Assembly: GCA_965209055.1 (NCBI GenBank)
Contig: OZ242374.1
Location: 5,888,001-5,952,000, forward strand
Length of the DNA stretch: 64,000 nucleotides
Direction: 5' to 3'
DNA from: Acidobacteriota bacterium
GTDB lineage: Bacteria > Acidobacteriota > UBA6911 > RPQK01 > JAJDTT01
Shown: positions 54,211 to 64,000 of the stretch, in pieces
How positions within the stretch are numbered: the first letter of the stretch is position 1
Layout: each line of letters opens with the position of its first letter
The notes under the pieces: generated by a model
Told to the model about the DNA's origin: nothing
Database searches by the model: none
The model's input: the letters and a program-made list of their open reading frames with translations, nothing else
Position numbers and translations under genes: made by a program

Positions 54211-55662
54211 TCACATCTTCCAGAAGGGCCGAGTGAAAAGTACCAGGAGCGTGTAGAACTCGAGGCGGCCTGCCAGCATGCAGATGCTCAGGACCCACTT
54301 CGCCGCCGCCGGCAGGTCCCCATAGTGTTCGGCGGGGCCGACCTGCCCCAATCCGGGGCCAATGTTGAACATGCAGGCCGCCACCGCGGAGATGGCGGTG
54401 AGCACGTCCATCCCCAGGGCGGTCAGACACAGGCAGGCCGCGAAGTTGACCAGGAACGCCAGATAGACCAGGTTGAGCAGACTCTGGATCGTCTTCTCCG
54501 GGATCGCTCTCCCGCCGAAACGAACGGCAAAGACGCCGTGAGGCTCCACCAACCGGTGAAACTCGCGGCCCACGACCCGGAACAGGAGCCCGATGCGGGC
54601 CACCTTCATGCCTCCCGCCGTCGAGCCGGTGCACCCGCCCACGAACATCAGAACCAAGAGCAGGAGCTGTCCGAAGGAACTCCACCCCTCAAAATCGGCC
54701 GTCGAGAATCCGGTGGTCGTCAGAATGGAGACGACTTGGAAGGACGCCAGTCTCAGGGACTCTCCCGGAGAAATCTCCGAAGCCTGAACCAGGGTTGCCG
54801 TCATGGCCGCCGTCATGACTCCGATGACGATCAGATAGAGGCGCAGTTCCACGTCTCCCCAGAAAGTGGAGGCGCTGCGCTCCACCAGCAGGCGGTAGTG
54901 CCGGGTGAAGTTGATGCCCGCCAGGACCATGAAGAGCAGAATGACGATTTCCAACGCAGGATTCGCGAAGGCTCCGATGCTTTCGTTGCGAGTGGAAAAT
55001 CCGCCCGTGGCCAGTGTCGAAAAAGCGTGGCACAGAGCGTCGAATTTCCCCATTCCGGCAAACCTCAGAGCCGCATAGCAGGCCAGCGTGAATGCGATGT
55101 AGATCTTCCATAGCGCCAACGCGGTCTCGGCGATCCGGGGCCTCAGCCGTTCCGAACGGGCTCCCGAGAACTCGGCCCGGTAGAGCTCGCGGCCGCCGGC
55201 CCCGACCAGGGGAAGAATGGCGATACCCAGCAGGATGATGCCCATGCCGCCCAGCCAATGGGTCAACGAGCGCCAGAGCAGGAGGCTGGCCGGAAGGGCC
55301 TCCACGTCCGCCAGGACCGTGGCCCCCGTGGTGGAGAAACCGGAGACCGACTCGAAGACCGAATCGGTGAAACTGGGGACATGGGAAGAAAAATAAAAAG
55401 GGAGAGCCCCCAAAAGAGCGGCAATCAGCCATGTGGCCACGACCAGGAGCAAACCCTCGCGGCGGCTCAACGCACGCACGCCGAGCCGAAATACGAGGAT
55501 CAACAGCACACCGGAGATCACGCCGACCGCCAGCGAGACCGCCAACGGGACCAGACCCTCGTCTCCGTTGGCCAGTGCAAAGCCAACGCACGCCAACAGG
55601 GCTGCGGAAAGGCCCAGGGTGAAGAACCCCAAGAGGTTCAGGAGGTTGGACCAGCGAATCAA
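54211..55662 (-). CDS. trkH: Trk potassium uptake membrane protein
   Basis: FESVSGFSTTGAT, WLGGMG, ATGGFS, TTTGF, GSTAGGMK, NIGPG and GRLEF. Confidence 0.96.
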   Translation of the reverse strand: MIRWSNLLNLLGFFTLGLSAALLACVGFALANGDEGLVPLAVSLAVGVISGVLLILVFRLGVRALSRREGLLLVVATWLIAALLGALPFYFSSHVPSFTDSVFESVSGFSTTGATVLADVEALPASLLLWRSLTHWLGGMGIILLGIAILPLVGAGGRELYRAEFSGARSERLRPRIAETALALWKIYIAFTLACYAALRFAGMGKFDALCHAFSTLATGGFSTRNESIGAFANPALEIVILLFMVLAGINFTRHYRLLVERSASTFWGDVELRLYLIVIGVMTAAMTATLVQASEISPGESLRLASFQVVSILTTTGFSTADFEGWSSFGQLLLLVLMFVGGCTGSTAGGMKVARIGLLFRVVGREFHRLVEPHGVFAVRFGGRAIPEKTIQSLLNLVYLAFLVNFAACLCLTALGMDVLTAISAVAACMFNIGPGLGQVGPAEHYGDLPAAAKWVLSICMLAGRLEFYTLLVLFTRPFWKM

Positions 55663-57026
55663 CGTTTGTCTTCCCGCAGGAAAGCAGACTCCAGGTAGGG
55701 CACCAGGCTCTCCAGGCAGAAGAAGATCACACGGTCACCGGCCTGGATGACGGCGTCTCCCCTCGGGACCAGGACTTCTCCGGAGGGCCTGCTGACGGCG
55801 CCCACCACGGTCCCGGCAGGCAGGCGGATCTCGCGCAGGCTTCTTCCCACAAATCTGGAGCCTGGCGTCGCCAGCAGCTCGATGGCTTCCGCCTCTTCCT
55901 CGCGAAGAGTCGTGACCGAAAGGACGTGGCCCGAGCGAACGAACTGGAGGATCCGGTCCACGGCGGCGACGCGGGTACTGAAACTGGAGTTGATGCCCAG
56001 ACGCTGGGCCATGGGGAGAAACTCCAGACGATTGACCAGTGCGACCGTCTTGCGGGCCCCCAGCCTCTTGGAAAGGAGGGAGGCGATGATGTTGACCTCG
56101 GATTCGGCGGTGAGGGCAAGGTAGGCATCGACATGCTCGACGGCGTGCTCCGTCAGGACCCTCTCGTCGGTCCCGTCCCCATGAACGACGACCGTGCTTT
56201 CGACCAGCGTCGAGAGCTTCCGGCATTGCTCCTGATCCCTCTCGAAGAGCTTGACCCGGACTCCCCGCCGCTCCAGCCGGCGGGCCGCTTCGATCCCCAG
56301 TTGCCGGCCGCCCACGATGAAGACCCGCTCCACCTTCTTCGGAAGCTGGACTCCCATGAACCGGAAGACCGATTCCGTCTCGGCGGCCGGACACACGATG
56401 TAGACGTGGTCTCCCGCCTGGAGCCTGTCCCCTCCTCTCGGTATCAGGGTCCGGCGCCCCCGAAAAATGATCGCCATCAGCGAGTTCCTGGGCGGCGAAC
56501 TCCGATCCAGTGCCGCCATGCTCTTGCCCACGACCCAGTTGTCCGGTTCTATGTTCATCCCGAAGAGCCGCACCCGGCCTTCTGCGAATTCCAGCACGTC
56601 GGAGATGCCCGGCAGTCCGATCACGCGAAGAATGCGATCCGCCGTCTCGCGGTCGGGATTGATGACCAGATCCACCTTCAAGCCGGAGCTGTCGAAGACC
56701 TTCTTCCAGCCATCGACCTCGTGGCTCCGGAGGCGGGCCACCTTGATCCTGACGTTGGAGTGCCGTTCGGCGATCAGGCACCCGAGAACGTTGGCTTCGT
56801 CGCTGCTGGTAACGGCGATCAGCATTTCGGCTTCGCGGATGCCGGCCCGTTCCAGAACCCGGATGCTGCTGGCGCTGCCTTGAACGATCTTGGCGTCCAG
56901 ACTCTCTTCCAACAGCTCGCAGCAGTCCCGCCGCTGCTCGACGATGACGACCTCGTTTCCCTCCCGGACGAGACGGCGCGACACCATGGTGCCGACCGCT
57001 CCGCCGCCAAGCACGAGGATTCTCAT
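55659..57026 (-). CDS. trkA: Trk potassium uptake RCK regulatory protein
   Basis: Two RCK units (ILVLGGGAVG; IVGGRQLG, GDGTD); start at ATG 57026. Confidence 0.95.
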   Translation of the reverse strand: MRILVLGGGAVGTMVSRRLVREGNEVVIVEQRRDCCELLEESLDAKIVQGSASSIRVLERAGIREAEMLIAVTSSDEANVLGCLIAERHSNVRIKVARLRSHEVDGWKKVFDSSGLKVDLVINPDRETADRILRVIGLPGISDVLEFAEGRVRLFGMNIEPDNWVVGKSMAALDRSSPPRNSLMAIIFRGRRTLIPRGGDRLQAGDHVYIVCPAAETESVFRFMGVQLPKKVERVFIVGGRQLGIEAARRLERRGVRVKLFERDQEQCRKLSTLVESTVVVHGDGTDERVLTEHAVEHVDAYLALTAESEVNIIASLLSKRLGARKTVALVNRLEFLPMAQRLGINSSFSTRVAAVDRILQFVRSGHVLSVTTLREEEAEAIELLATPGSRFVGRSLREIRLPAGTVVGAVSRPSGEVLVPRGDAVIQAGDRVIFFCLESLVPYLESAFLREDKR

Positions 57027-57040
57027 TGGGTTCGGGGTAC

Positions 57041-57697
57041 TTACGGACTGGATCTGAGCAACTCGACGGAGGATCGAGGCCGGCCCAGCCAGCGAAACGA
57101 CGAGATCAACTGCTGAAAAACGGGAAGCGCCTTGGAAATCGATGCCTCGTCGCGAGCCGACAGGACGAAGATGACGAAGTAGTCCGGGACTTCGGTAAAG
57201 GCGACGACTTCCTGTTTGACTCCGGGGCAGGCGCACAACTTGGCCACGACTCTGGGCCGTTTGCGCGTCTCAGGATTCAACTCCAATTCCAGGCGCAGGT
57301 CACTGATCTCCAGCTTCGGACAGAGTACCTCCTGCCCGGCCAGTTCGGACTGCAGGAAATTCTCCAGGTCCTCGTCCTGATTCCTGGGAAAGAACCGGGA
57401 GAAGGCGACGACATCGGCCTCTCTCCACTGAGTCCCCTCCCGGTGCATGACGAAGTTGGCGACCTGAATCGCCGACCCCACGTCGATGGTCCAGCCCGAC
57501 GGTTCGGTCACCAGAAAGGAATAGTCCAGACCCCTGATGCGCAGCGTCCGTCCCCCTTCCAATGCGGGTACGCAACCGAGCAGGCACACGATGGAAACAC
57601 AGACCTTCGCCAAACGGTTCGAGAAAGAGGTGCGGGCCGGGACCGCCAGAGTCCGGGAAGCGGGTTGCGGATCGAGAGGGCCGGCAAACCGATTCAT
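57041..57697 (-). CDS. Hypothetical exported protein
   Basis: Hydrophobic leader and globular composition, directly upstream of trkA; start uncertain. Confidence 0.6.
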   Translation of the reverse strand: MNRFAGPLDPQPASRTLAVPARTSFSNRLAKVCVSIVCLLGCVPALEGGRTLRIRGLDYSFLVTEPSGWTIDVGSAIQVANFVMHREGTQWREADVVAFSRFFPRNQDEDLENFLQSELAGQEVLCPKLEISDLRLELELNPETRKRPRVVAKLCACPGVKQEVVAFTEVPDYFVIFVLSARDEASISKALPVFQQLISSFRWLGRPRSSVELLRSSP

Positions 57698-57884
57698 TCC
57701 GGCGCCAGTCTAGCAGGAACGGGAGGAGTGAGGCGCGTTGAGTTTGGCCTTCTCGTTGGCTATCCTATAGCCTCGATTCGGAAGGAGACACGGAGCGCAC
57801 TACCGGGCGGCGGATTCCCCAGGCTCGACCGTCTCGTGAGCGTCTCTTCAGATCAATACCCGTATCTGTCAAAAGGGTTTCATA

Positions 57885-59171
57885 ATGCCCGACGAGAGTC
57901 TGTCCATTACCGATAACCGGACCGGGAAGCAGTATGAGCTGGCTGTTTCGCACGGTACGATTCGCGCCATAGAGCTTCGTCAGATCAAGACGTCGGAGGA
58001 CGACTTCGGGCTCATGGCCTACGACCCCTCCTTCCTCAATACGGCATCCTGCCGGAGCACCATCACCTACATCGACGGAGACAAGGGCATCCTGCGCTAT
58101 CGCGGCTACCCCATAGAGCAACTCGTGGGAGAGTACAGCCACCTTGAGGTGGCGTACCTGCTCCTGTACGGGGAGCTTCCCAACGAAGCCGAGTTCCGGC
58201 AATGGAGTGACGATATCCGCCAGCAGATCGAGTTGCCGCAGGCCGTCCTGCAGTTGGTGCGGAGCTTCCCTCCCGGAGGATTTCCCATGGCCATGCTGGC
58301 GACGGCGGTGGCCTCTCTCTCCAATTTCTATCCTGACGGCCGTTCCGTGCTGGACCCCCAGGTGCGCTTGCTCCAGCTCCATCGGCTCCTGGCTCAGGTC
58401 CCGGCCCTGTCGGCCCAGGTCTTTCGCCGCCTCCAGGGCTTGCCGCTGACCGCTCCCGCGGACGGACTCTCTTATGCCGGAAGCTTTCTTCAGATGGCAT
58501 TCGACCGGACGCCGGAACCCGTGTTCGAGAAGGCGATGGACGCACTGTTCATCCTGCATGCCGACCACGAGCAGAACTGCAGCACCAGCGCCATGAGAGG
58601 CGTCGGCAGTTCCCAGTGCGACCCGTATCTGACGACCGCGGCCGCCATCGGGGCGTTGTCCGGTCCCCTGCATGGAGGAGCCAACGAAGCGGTCATCCGG
58701 ATGCTGGAGGGAATCGGGTCCAAGGACCGGGTGCCCGGACACGTGCAGAGGGTCAAGGGAGGCGAAATCCGCCTCATGGGCTTCGGGCACCGGATCTACA
58801 AGAACTACGATCCCAGGGCCAAGATCATCAAACAATTGGCCCACGAGGTCTTCGAAGTGACCGGGTCGGATCCTCTTCTGGACGTGGCTCTGGAACTGGA
58901 GCGGATCGCGCTGCAGGACGACTACTTCATCTCGCGGAAGCTCTATCCCAACGTCGACTTCTATTCCGGTTTGATCTACCAGGCACTCGGGTTCCCTCCT
59001 TCCATGTCCACCGTCCTGTTCGCGCTGGCCAGAACCGCCGGCTGGCTGACTCAATGGGAGGAGTTGGCGCGGGATCGGGAACAGAAGATCGCCCGGCCGC
59101 GGCAGATCTACGAGGGTCCTTCGGTGAGGGACGTCCCGGTCCGGAGATCCTCGCCGGTCGCATCTTCTTGA
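57885..59171 (+). CDS. gltA: Citrate synthase (type II)
   Basis: ITYIDGDKGILRYRGY, HADHEQN, GPLHGGAN, MGFGHR and YPNVDFYSG. Confidence 0.98.
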   Translation: MPDESLSITDNRTGKQYELAVSHGTIRAIELRQIKTSEDDFGLMAYDPSFLNTASCRSTITYIDGDKGILRYRGYPIEQLVGEYSHLEVAYLLLYGELPNEAEFRQWSDDIRQQIELPQAVLQLVRSFPPGGFPMAMLATAVASLSNFYPDGRSVLDPQVRLLQLHRLLAQVPALSAQVFRRLQGLPLTAPADGLSYAGSFLQMAFDRTPEPVFEKAMDALFILHADHEQNCSTSAMRGVGSSQCDPYLTTAAAIGALSGPLHGGANEAVIRMLEGIGSKDRVPGHVQRVKGGEIRLMGFGHRIYKNYDPRAKIIKQLAHEVFEVTGSDPLLDVALELERIALQDDYFISRKLYPNVDFYSGLIYQALGFPPSMSTVLFALARTAGWLTQWEELARDREQKIARPRQIYEGPSVRDVPVRRSSPVASS

Positions 59172-59199
59172 CTCCGGGCAGTTGCGGTATAATCGCACA

Positions 59200-59427
59200 A
59201 TGCCGATTTATGAATACCGCTGTCTGGATTGCGAGACTCATTTCGAACAGATCGTCCTGGGCACCCAAAACGATGCCGAGTGTCCCAGTTGCAGTGGAGA
59301 ACGCTTCGAGCAGCTCTTCTCCTCATTCGCAGTCGGCGGCGGCTCCATGGAATCCGCCCTCAAGGAGAACGGCCCTTGCGGCTGCGGAGCGCCCCAGCGG
59401 GGAATGTGCGGGCAACTCGCCAACTAG
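59200..59427 (+). CDS. FmdB family zinc-ribbon protein
   Basis: MPIYEYRCLDC...CPSC plus a C-terminal CGC..C. Confidence 0.9.
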   Translation: MPIYEYRCLDCETHFEQIVLGTQNDAECPSCSGERFEQLFSSFAVGGGSMESALKENGPCGCGAPQRGMCGQLAN

Positions 59428-59452
59428 CTGATCGTCCGGACGGCAGCGAAAG

Positions 59453-60520
59453 ATGCAACAAACGACCATAGAAACCTACAAGGACCGGCTGGAGTCGATC
59501 AGCAGGTCCCTGCGGCCGCATCCCGATCAGCATCTGGAGTTTCTGGGCAAGAAGGACATCATCGAGCGGATTCTGTATCTGCGGGACGTCAAGAACGTCC
59601 TGATCCTGGGCCACAACTACATGGAGCCGCTGGTCTTCCATCTGTCCGGCGAAGGCGAGAGAGGCGATTCGTTGGCGCTGAGCCGCTACGCCGCCAAGTC
59701 GGACAAGCCCATCATCCTCTTCGACGGCGTCCTCTTCATGGCGGAGACGGCCAAGATTCTGAATCCGGAAAAGAAGGTGCTGATCGCCGACCTGAATGCG
59801 GGCTGCAGCCTGGCGGACCCCTTTTCGGCTGAGGACGTGAGGTTCTATCGGCAGCGTTATCCGCAAGCCCCGGTGGTCACCTACATCAACAGCTACGCCG
59901 AGATCAAGGCCGAATCGGACTACTGCTGCACCTCCGCGAACGGGCTCAAGGTCATCGAGCATGCGGCCCGGGAATACGGCACGGACCACGTGGTCTTTCT
60001 CCCCGATTCCCTGATGGGGGAGAACCTGCAACAGGAGCTGGTCAAGAGGGGATCCGACCTGGACCTGATCTACCCGGGCAAGTATGACGCCAACTTCGGC
60101 CGCTGCGAGGTCCACGAGAAGTTCACCGCCAGCCACATTCGGGACATCCGGAAACAGTACGACATTCCCAGGGGAGGGCGCGACGCCGCGGTCCTGGTGC
60201 ACTGGGAGTGCCTGCCCGAAGTCCTGGAAGAGGCCGACTTCTACGGCAGCACCTCCCAGATGGCCGGTTACGTCAAGAACCACGCCGAGCTGCGCCGAGT
60301 CTACATGGCCACCGAGTGCGAGATGGCGGCGAATCTGGCCACCGAATTCCCCCAGGTGGAGTTCGTCAGAACCTGCAACGTCTTCTGCCGCCACATGCGC
60401 AGAATCAGTCTCGAGAAGATCCTTCACAGCCTGGAGCATGAGGTCTACGAAGTGGAGGTCCCGGAGCCGATCCGCCGGGCCTCCCTGGGAGCCATCCAGC
60501 GAATGCTGAGTATCGGCTGA
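59453..60520 (+). CDS. nadA: Quinolinate synthase
   Basis: GHNY, GDSLAL, FMAETAKILNP, AGCSLA, YINS, CTSAN, CEVH, HWEC, GSTSQM and CRHM. Confidence 0.96.
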   Translation: MQQTTIETYKDRLESISRSLRPHPDQHLEFLGKKDIIERILYLRDVKNVLILGHNYMEPLVFHLSGEGERGDSLALSRYAAKSDKPIILFDGVLFMAETAKILNPEKKVLIADLNAGCSLADPFSAEDVRFYRQRYPQAPVVTYINSYAEIKAESDYCCTSANGLKVIEHAAREYGTDHVVFLPDSLMGENLQQELVKRGSDLDLIYPGKYDANFGRCEVHEKFTASHIRDIRKQYDIPRGGRDAAVLVHWECLPEVLEEADFYGSTSQMAGYVKNHAELRRVYMATECEMAANLATEFPQVEFVRTCNVFCRHMRRISLEKILHSLEHEVYEVEVPEPIRRASLGAIQRMLSIG

Positions 60521-60578
60521 TTCGGAATCCGGGACGGGATCGGCCGGAACACCACTGGGCTGCTGCAGAGAATAGACC

Positions 60579-61673
60579 ATGAAGCTGGATGGGCTGGACA
60601 CACCTTCGGTCCTGGTCGACGTGGATATCATGACCGCGAACCTGGACCGGCTGGCCCGCTACTGCCGGGATCACGGCCTCAATCTCCGGCCCCACGTCAA
60701 GACCCACAAGATTCCCGAGCTGGCTCGGCTCCAGGTCAAGAAGGGCGCCGTCGGCGTCACCGTGGCCAAGCTGGGAGAGGCCGAGGTCATGGCGGACGGC
60801 GGGGTCGAGGACATCCTGCTGGCCTATCCGGTTTACGGAGAGATCAAGTGGAAGCGGCTGGCCGCACTGGCCCGCCGGACCCGTATCTCGGTGGCGTTGG
60901 ATTCGCTGGAGGTGGCCCAGGGCATCTCGAAGTACGCCCGGGAGGCCGGGGTCCGGATTCCGATACTGGCGGAGTTCGACACCGGGATCGGGCGTTGCGG
61001 CTTGAACATAGCCCGGGAGTCCATCGGCGTGCTGGAGCGGATCGCTGAGCTGCCGGCTCTGGATTATGAGGGGCTGCTGATCTATCCCGGTCATTTCCTG
61101 CTGAACTGGGAACGGCGCAATCAGCTCCTGGAATTGGAAAACCAGCAGTTGTCCCAGCTTCTGAGCCTTCTGGACGATGCGGGAATTCCTTACCCGGTCA
61201 TCAGCGCCAGCTCGACCCCCACGGCCTACTTTTCGCACCGGTTCGAGAGCATCACCGAGGTTCGTCCGGGTACCTACATCTTCAATGACCGGAACACCGT
61301 TGGTTGCCAGGCGGCCGGTCTGGAACACTGTGCCGTGAGTGTCGTGACCACCGTCGTGAGCACCAGCGTTCCAGGGAAGGCGGTCATTGACGGGGGCAGC
61401 AAGACCTTCGCCAATGACAGATATCTCTCCGGCGACGGCGTGGGATTCGGCCATCTGATAGGAGATCCGGGTACGGTCGTGGAATATCTCTCCGAGGAAC
61501 ACGGGCATCTGGATCTGGCCAATGCCTCCCGGCAGTACCGCGTCGGGGACCGGGTTCGAGTCATCCCCAATCATGTTTGCCCCTGTGTGAACATGCACGA
61601 CCGCATCTACGGGGTCCGGGACGACGAGGTGGTGACCGAATGGCGGGTGACAGCCCGGGGCACCGTGCAGTGA
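60579..61673 (+). CDS. Fold-type III PLP enzyme, D-threonine aldolase/D-serine dehydratase (DSD1) family
   Basis: LDTPS, LRPHVKTHK, GRCG, STPT, TEVRPGTYIFND, SEEHG and IPNHVCP. Confidence 0.9.
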   Translation: MKLDGLDTPSVLVDVDIMTANLDRLARYCRDHGLNLRPHVKTHKIPELARLQVKKGAVGVTVAKLGEAEVMADGGVEDILLAYPVYGEIKWKRLAALARRTRISVALDSLEVAQGISKYAREAGVRIPILAEFDTGIGRCGLNIARESIGVLERIAELPALDYEGLLIYPGHFLLNWERRNQLLELENQQLSQLLSLLDDAGIPYPVISASSTPTAYFSHRFESITEVRPGTYIFNDRNTVGCQAAGLEHCAVSVVTTVVSTSVPGKAVIDGGSKTFANDRYLSGDGVGFGHLIGDPGTVVEYLSEEHGHLDLANASRQYRVGDRVRVIPNHVCPCVNMHDRIYGVRDDEVVTEWRVTARGTVQ

Positions 61674-61729
61674 CCCGAACCGGACCGGGACACCGCCTGA
61701 CGCACCGGCGGTGAGGAGATTCGAGCATC

Positions 61730-62707
61730 GTGGAGCCCGCCCGAGAACTCCTGTATCTGTCGCGCGAGGACATCGAGGGAATCGGACTTTCGATGGCCCG
61801 CATCGTCGAGGCGGTGGAGGATTCCCTGGTCCAGAAAGGATCGGGGAACGTGGAGATGCCGCCGAAGCCGGGCATCCATACCCGGCCGGGAGCGTTCATC
61901 CACGCCATGCCGGCGTACATCCGAACCACGGGCGCCGCCGGATTGAAGTGGGTCGGCGGTTATCCCGGAAACTCGGCCCGCGGCCTCCCCTACATTACGG
62001 GCCTCATGATCCTGAACGATCCGGAGTCCGGAGTGCCTCTGGCGGTGATGGACGCCACCTGGATCACGGCCATCCGGACCGGTGCGGCCACGGCCGTGGC
62101 GGCCCGTCATCTGGCCCGCCGGGACTCGAATACGGCCGCCATTCTGGGATGCGGGGTCCAGGGCCGATCCAACCTGGAGGCGCTGACAGTGGTCCTCCCC
62201 GAACTCCGGGACATCCGTGTCTACGATGTCCGGCTGGAAGCGGCCCACGCCTTCGCGAGGGAATGCGTAGAGCGTCACGAACTCTCTTGCACGGTCTGCG
62301 CCTCCCCCCGGCAAGCCGTCAGAACCGCGGACGTGGTGGTCACCGCAGGACCCATGCCGAGTCCGCCCGCACCGGTGATCGAACCGGACTGGCTCCCGGA
62401 AGGGGTCTTCGTCTGCGTCCTGGACTTCGACGCCTATGTGACACCCGCGGCCTTCCACGCCGCCGACCTGCTGGTGACGGACGACGTGGCGCAGCTCGAC
62501 TACTATCGCAGCGTGGGGTATTTCAAGGGTCTCCCCCCCGTGCTTTCCGAGTTGTCAGACGTGGTTCGGGGACGGGGAGGGCGCCTGCGGGCGGAGCAAC
62601 GGATCATATCCGTCAACCTGGGACTGGGCGCGGAAGACGTGGCCACGGCCCAATTGATCTACACGAGTGCATTGGACCAGGGAGCGGGAACCGTCCTTCC
62701 CCTCTGA
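61730..62707 (+). CDS. Ornithine cyclodeaminase/mu-crystallin family imine reductase
   Basis: HAMPAY, GLKWV, ITAIRTGAA, LGCGVQG and GLGAEDVA. Confidence 0.9.
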   Translation: MEPARELLYLSREDIEGIGLSMARIVEAVEDSLVQKGSGNVEMPPKPGIHTRPGAFIHAMPAYIRTTGAAGLKWVGGYPGNSARGLPYITGLMILNDPESGVPLAVMDATWITAIRTGAATAVAARHLARRDSNTAAILGCGVQGRSNLEALTVVLPELRDIRVYDVRLEAAHAFARECVERHELSCTVCASPRQAVRTADVVVTAGPMPSPPAPVIEPDWLPEGVFVCVLDFDAYVTPAAFHAADLLVTDDVAQLDYYRSVGYFKGLPPVLSELSDVVRGRGGRLRAEQRIISVNLGLGAEDVATAQLIYTSALDQGAGTVLPL

Positions 62708-62735
62708 TCCGATGAGATAAGAAAGGAGCATCGCA

Positions 62736-63314
62736 ATGGTTCTGACTGCATCGACCATGTTGGGTCTCGGCACCGAGGCCCCGGACTTCCAGTTGCCGGA
62801 CGTGACGACGGGTGAGACCGTTTCCCTGGACAACTTCTCGGGGAACAAGGCCCTGTTGGTCATGTTCATCTGCAAGCACTGCCCTTACGTCGTTCACGTC
62901 CAGGAGGAGCTGGCCCGCCTGGGGAACGAGTACCAGGCCCGGGACGTGGGCGTCGTGGCCATCGGCTCCAACGACGTGGACGCCTACCCGGGAGACGCCC
63001 CAGGCGAGCTGAAGAACATGGCCCGGGAGCACGGGTTCCAGTTCCCCTACTGCTTCGATGAGACCCAGGCGATCGCCAAGGCCTACACGGCGGCCTGCAC
63101 ACCGGACTTCTTCCTCTTCGACCAGGACCGGCGCCTGGCCTATCGCGGCCAGTTGGACGACAGCCGGCCCGGAAGCGACGCGCCGGTGACCGGCGAAGAC
63201 CTGAGAGGAGCCCTCGACACGGTCTTGGCCGGGGACGTCCCCGATCCGGAACAGCAGCCCAGCCTGGGTTGCAACATCAAGTGGAAGCCGGGCAACGAGC
63301 CGGCCTACTTCTGA
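62736..63314 (+). CDS. Thioredoxin-like (AhpC/TSA, redoxin) family protein
   Basis: APDFQLPD, FICKHCPYV, AACTPDFF, YRGQLDD and SLGCNIKW. Confidence 0.92.
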   Translation: MVLTASTMLGLGTEAPDFQLPDVTTGETVSLDNFSGNKALLVMFICKHCPYVVHVQEELARLGNEYQARDVGVVAIGSNDVDAYPGDAPGELKNMAREHGFQFPYCFDETQAIAKAYTAACTPDFFLFDQDRRLAYRGQLDDSRPGSDAPVTGEDLRGALDTVLAGDVPDPEQQPSLGCNIKWKPGNEPAYF

Positions 63315-64000
63315 GGCCGATTCGAATCTGATTCGGGGGCCGGCGGTGAATCCGGTCCCCTCCCGCCGACGCGCTTCAGACCTTCCTGGGCGTACCGGTT
63401 ATCCGGGTTCATGCCCACGGCGCGGCCGTAGTGCGCCCGGGCAGCGGCCCGGTCCCCCTCCAACTCCGACAGGTACCCCAGGGCAGCCCAGTTGTAATCG
63501 TCGTCCGGGTCGAGGGACACCGCGGCCCGGAACGATTCACCGGCCTTTTCGACTTGTCCGTCCCGGAGCAGCGCGACTCCCAGGTTGTAGTGCGGGCGCG
63601 CCTTTCCCGGGCTCTTGGCCACCGCGTCGCGCCAGAGCAACAGGTCGTCGTTCCAGATCCGGTTGCGCGCCAGCGTCGGCGGAATCAGCAGGACCGCCAG
63701 GACCCCGATGCCCACCCATTGCACAAGGTTCGGCCAGCCTCTATTGGTCCGGCGGGGAAACAGCAACCAAGCCGCCGCCAGGGCGAATCCGGCCGCCGGC
63801 AGGTAGAGTCGTTGCTCACTGAAGGGATCCAGGTTGGGCAGGATCCAGGTCGGCAGGCTGAAGGCCAGGATCCAGAGCAGTCCGATTCCAGGTGTGGAGC
63901 AGCTCCGGCGGGAGCCGAGCACCGCGATCGCCACAGCGAGCAGCGCGGCCGCCGAGATCACCGTCAGCAGCAGGTTCGGCTCGGGGACCTGATGGTCCAG
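63305..64000 (-). CDS. TMTC-like membrane protein with C-terminal TPRs, 5' truncated by window edge
   Basis: FSEQRLYLP and RNRIWNDDLLLWRDAV..P..ARPHYNLG; the frame stays open to position 64000. Confidence 0.82.
   Translation of the reverse strand: MDHQVPEPNLLLTVISAAALLAVAIAVLGSRRSCSTPGIGLLWILAFSLPTWILPNLDPFSEQRLYLPAAGFALAAAWLLFPRRTNRGWPNLVQWVGIGVLAVLLIPPTLARNRIWNDDLLLWRDAVAKSPGKARPHYNLGVALLRDGQVEKAGESFRAAVSLDPDDDYNWAALGYLSELEGDRAAARAHYGRAVGMNPDNRYAQEGLKRVGGRGPDSPPAPESDSNRPQK

Overview
High-GC bacterial chromosomal segment, almost fully coding, with about 58 genes. The Oar-type TonB-dependent barrel and the Ser/Thr kinase-PD40 fusion suggest Acidobacteriota, but this is an inference. I found no rRNA, tRNA, CRISPR array or transposase. 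Housekeeping content includes rplU-rpmA-obgE-nadD-rsfS-dksA, trkAH, gltA, nadA, asd, recQ and pcm. It is mixed with catabolic and accessory genes: a xanthine-dehydrogenase-family molybdoenzyme operon, sugar salvage genes, exported propeller hydrolases and a Fic toxin-antitoxin pair. The best candidate for an undescribed system is a tightly coupled 7-gene minus-strand operon at 40259-47236. It encodes a GlmL-like actin-fold ATPase, a barrel-sandwich/KOW-like protein, an FN3+DUF6754-like membrane protein, three more membrane proteins and a small helical protein, with no B12 mutase nearby. Other leads are a GlmU-like/GHMP kinase fusion, nadA linked to BhcC/BhcD-like families, a nearly plug-less TonB barrel, an in-frame amber codon in an SSS transporter, a LexA-like wHTH-TlpA fusion and a covarying REP-like hairpin family that has entered comF. 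All calls come from motif recognition by eye; no searches were run.
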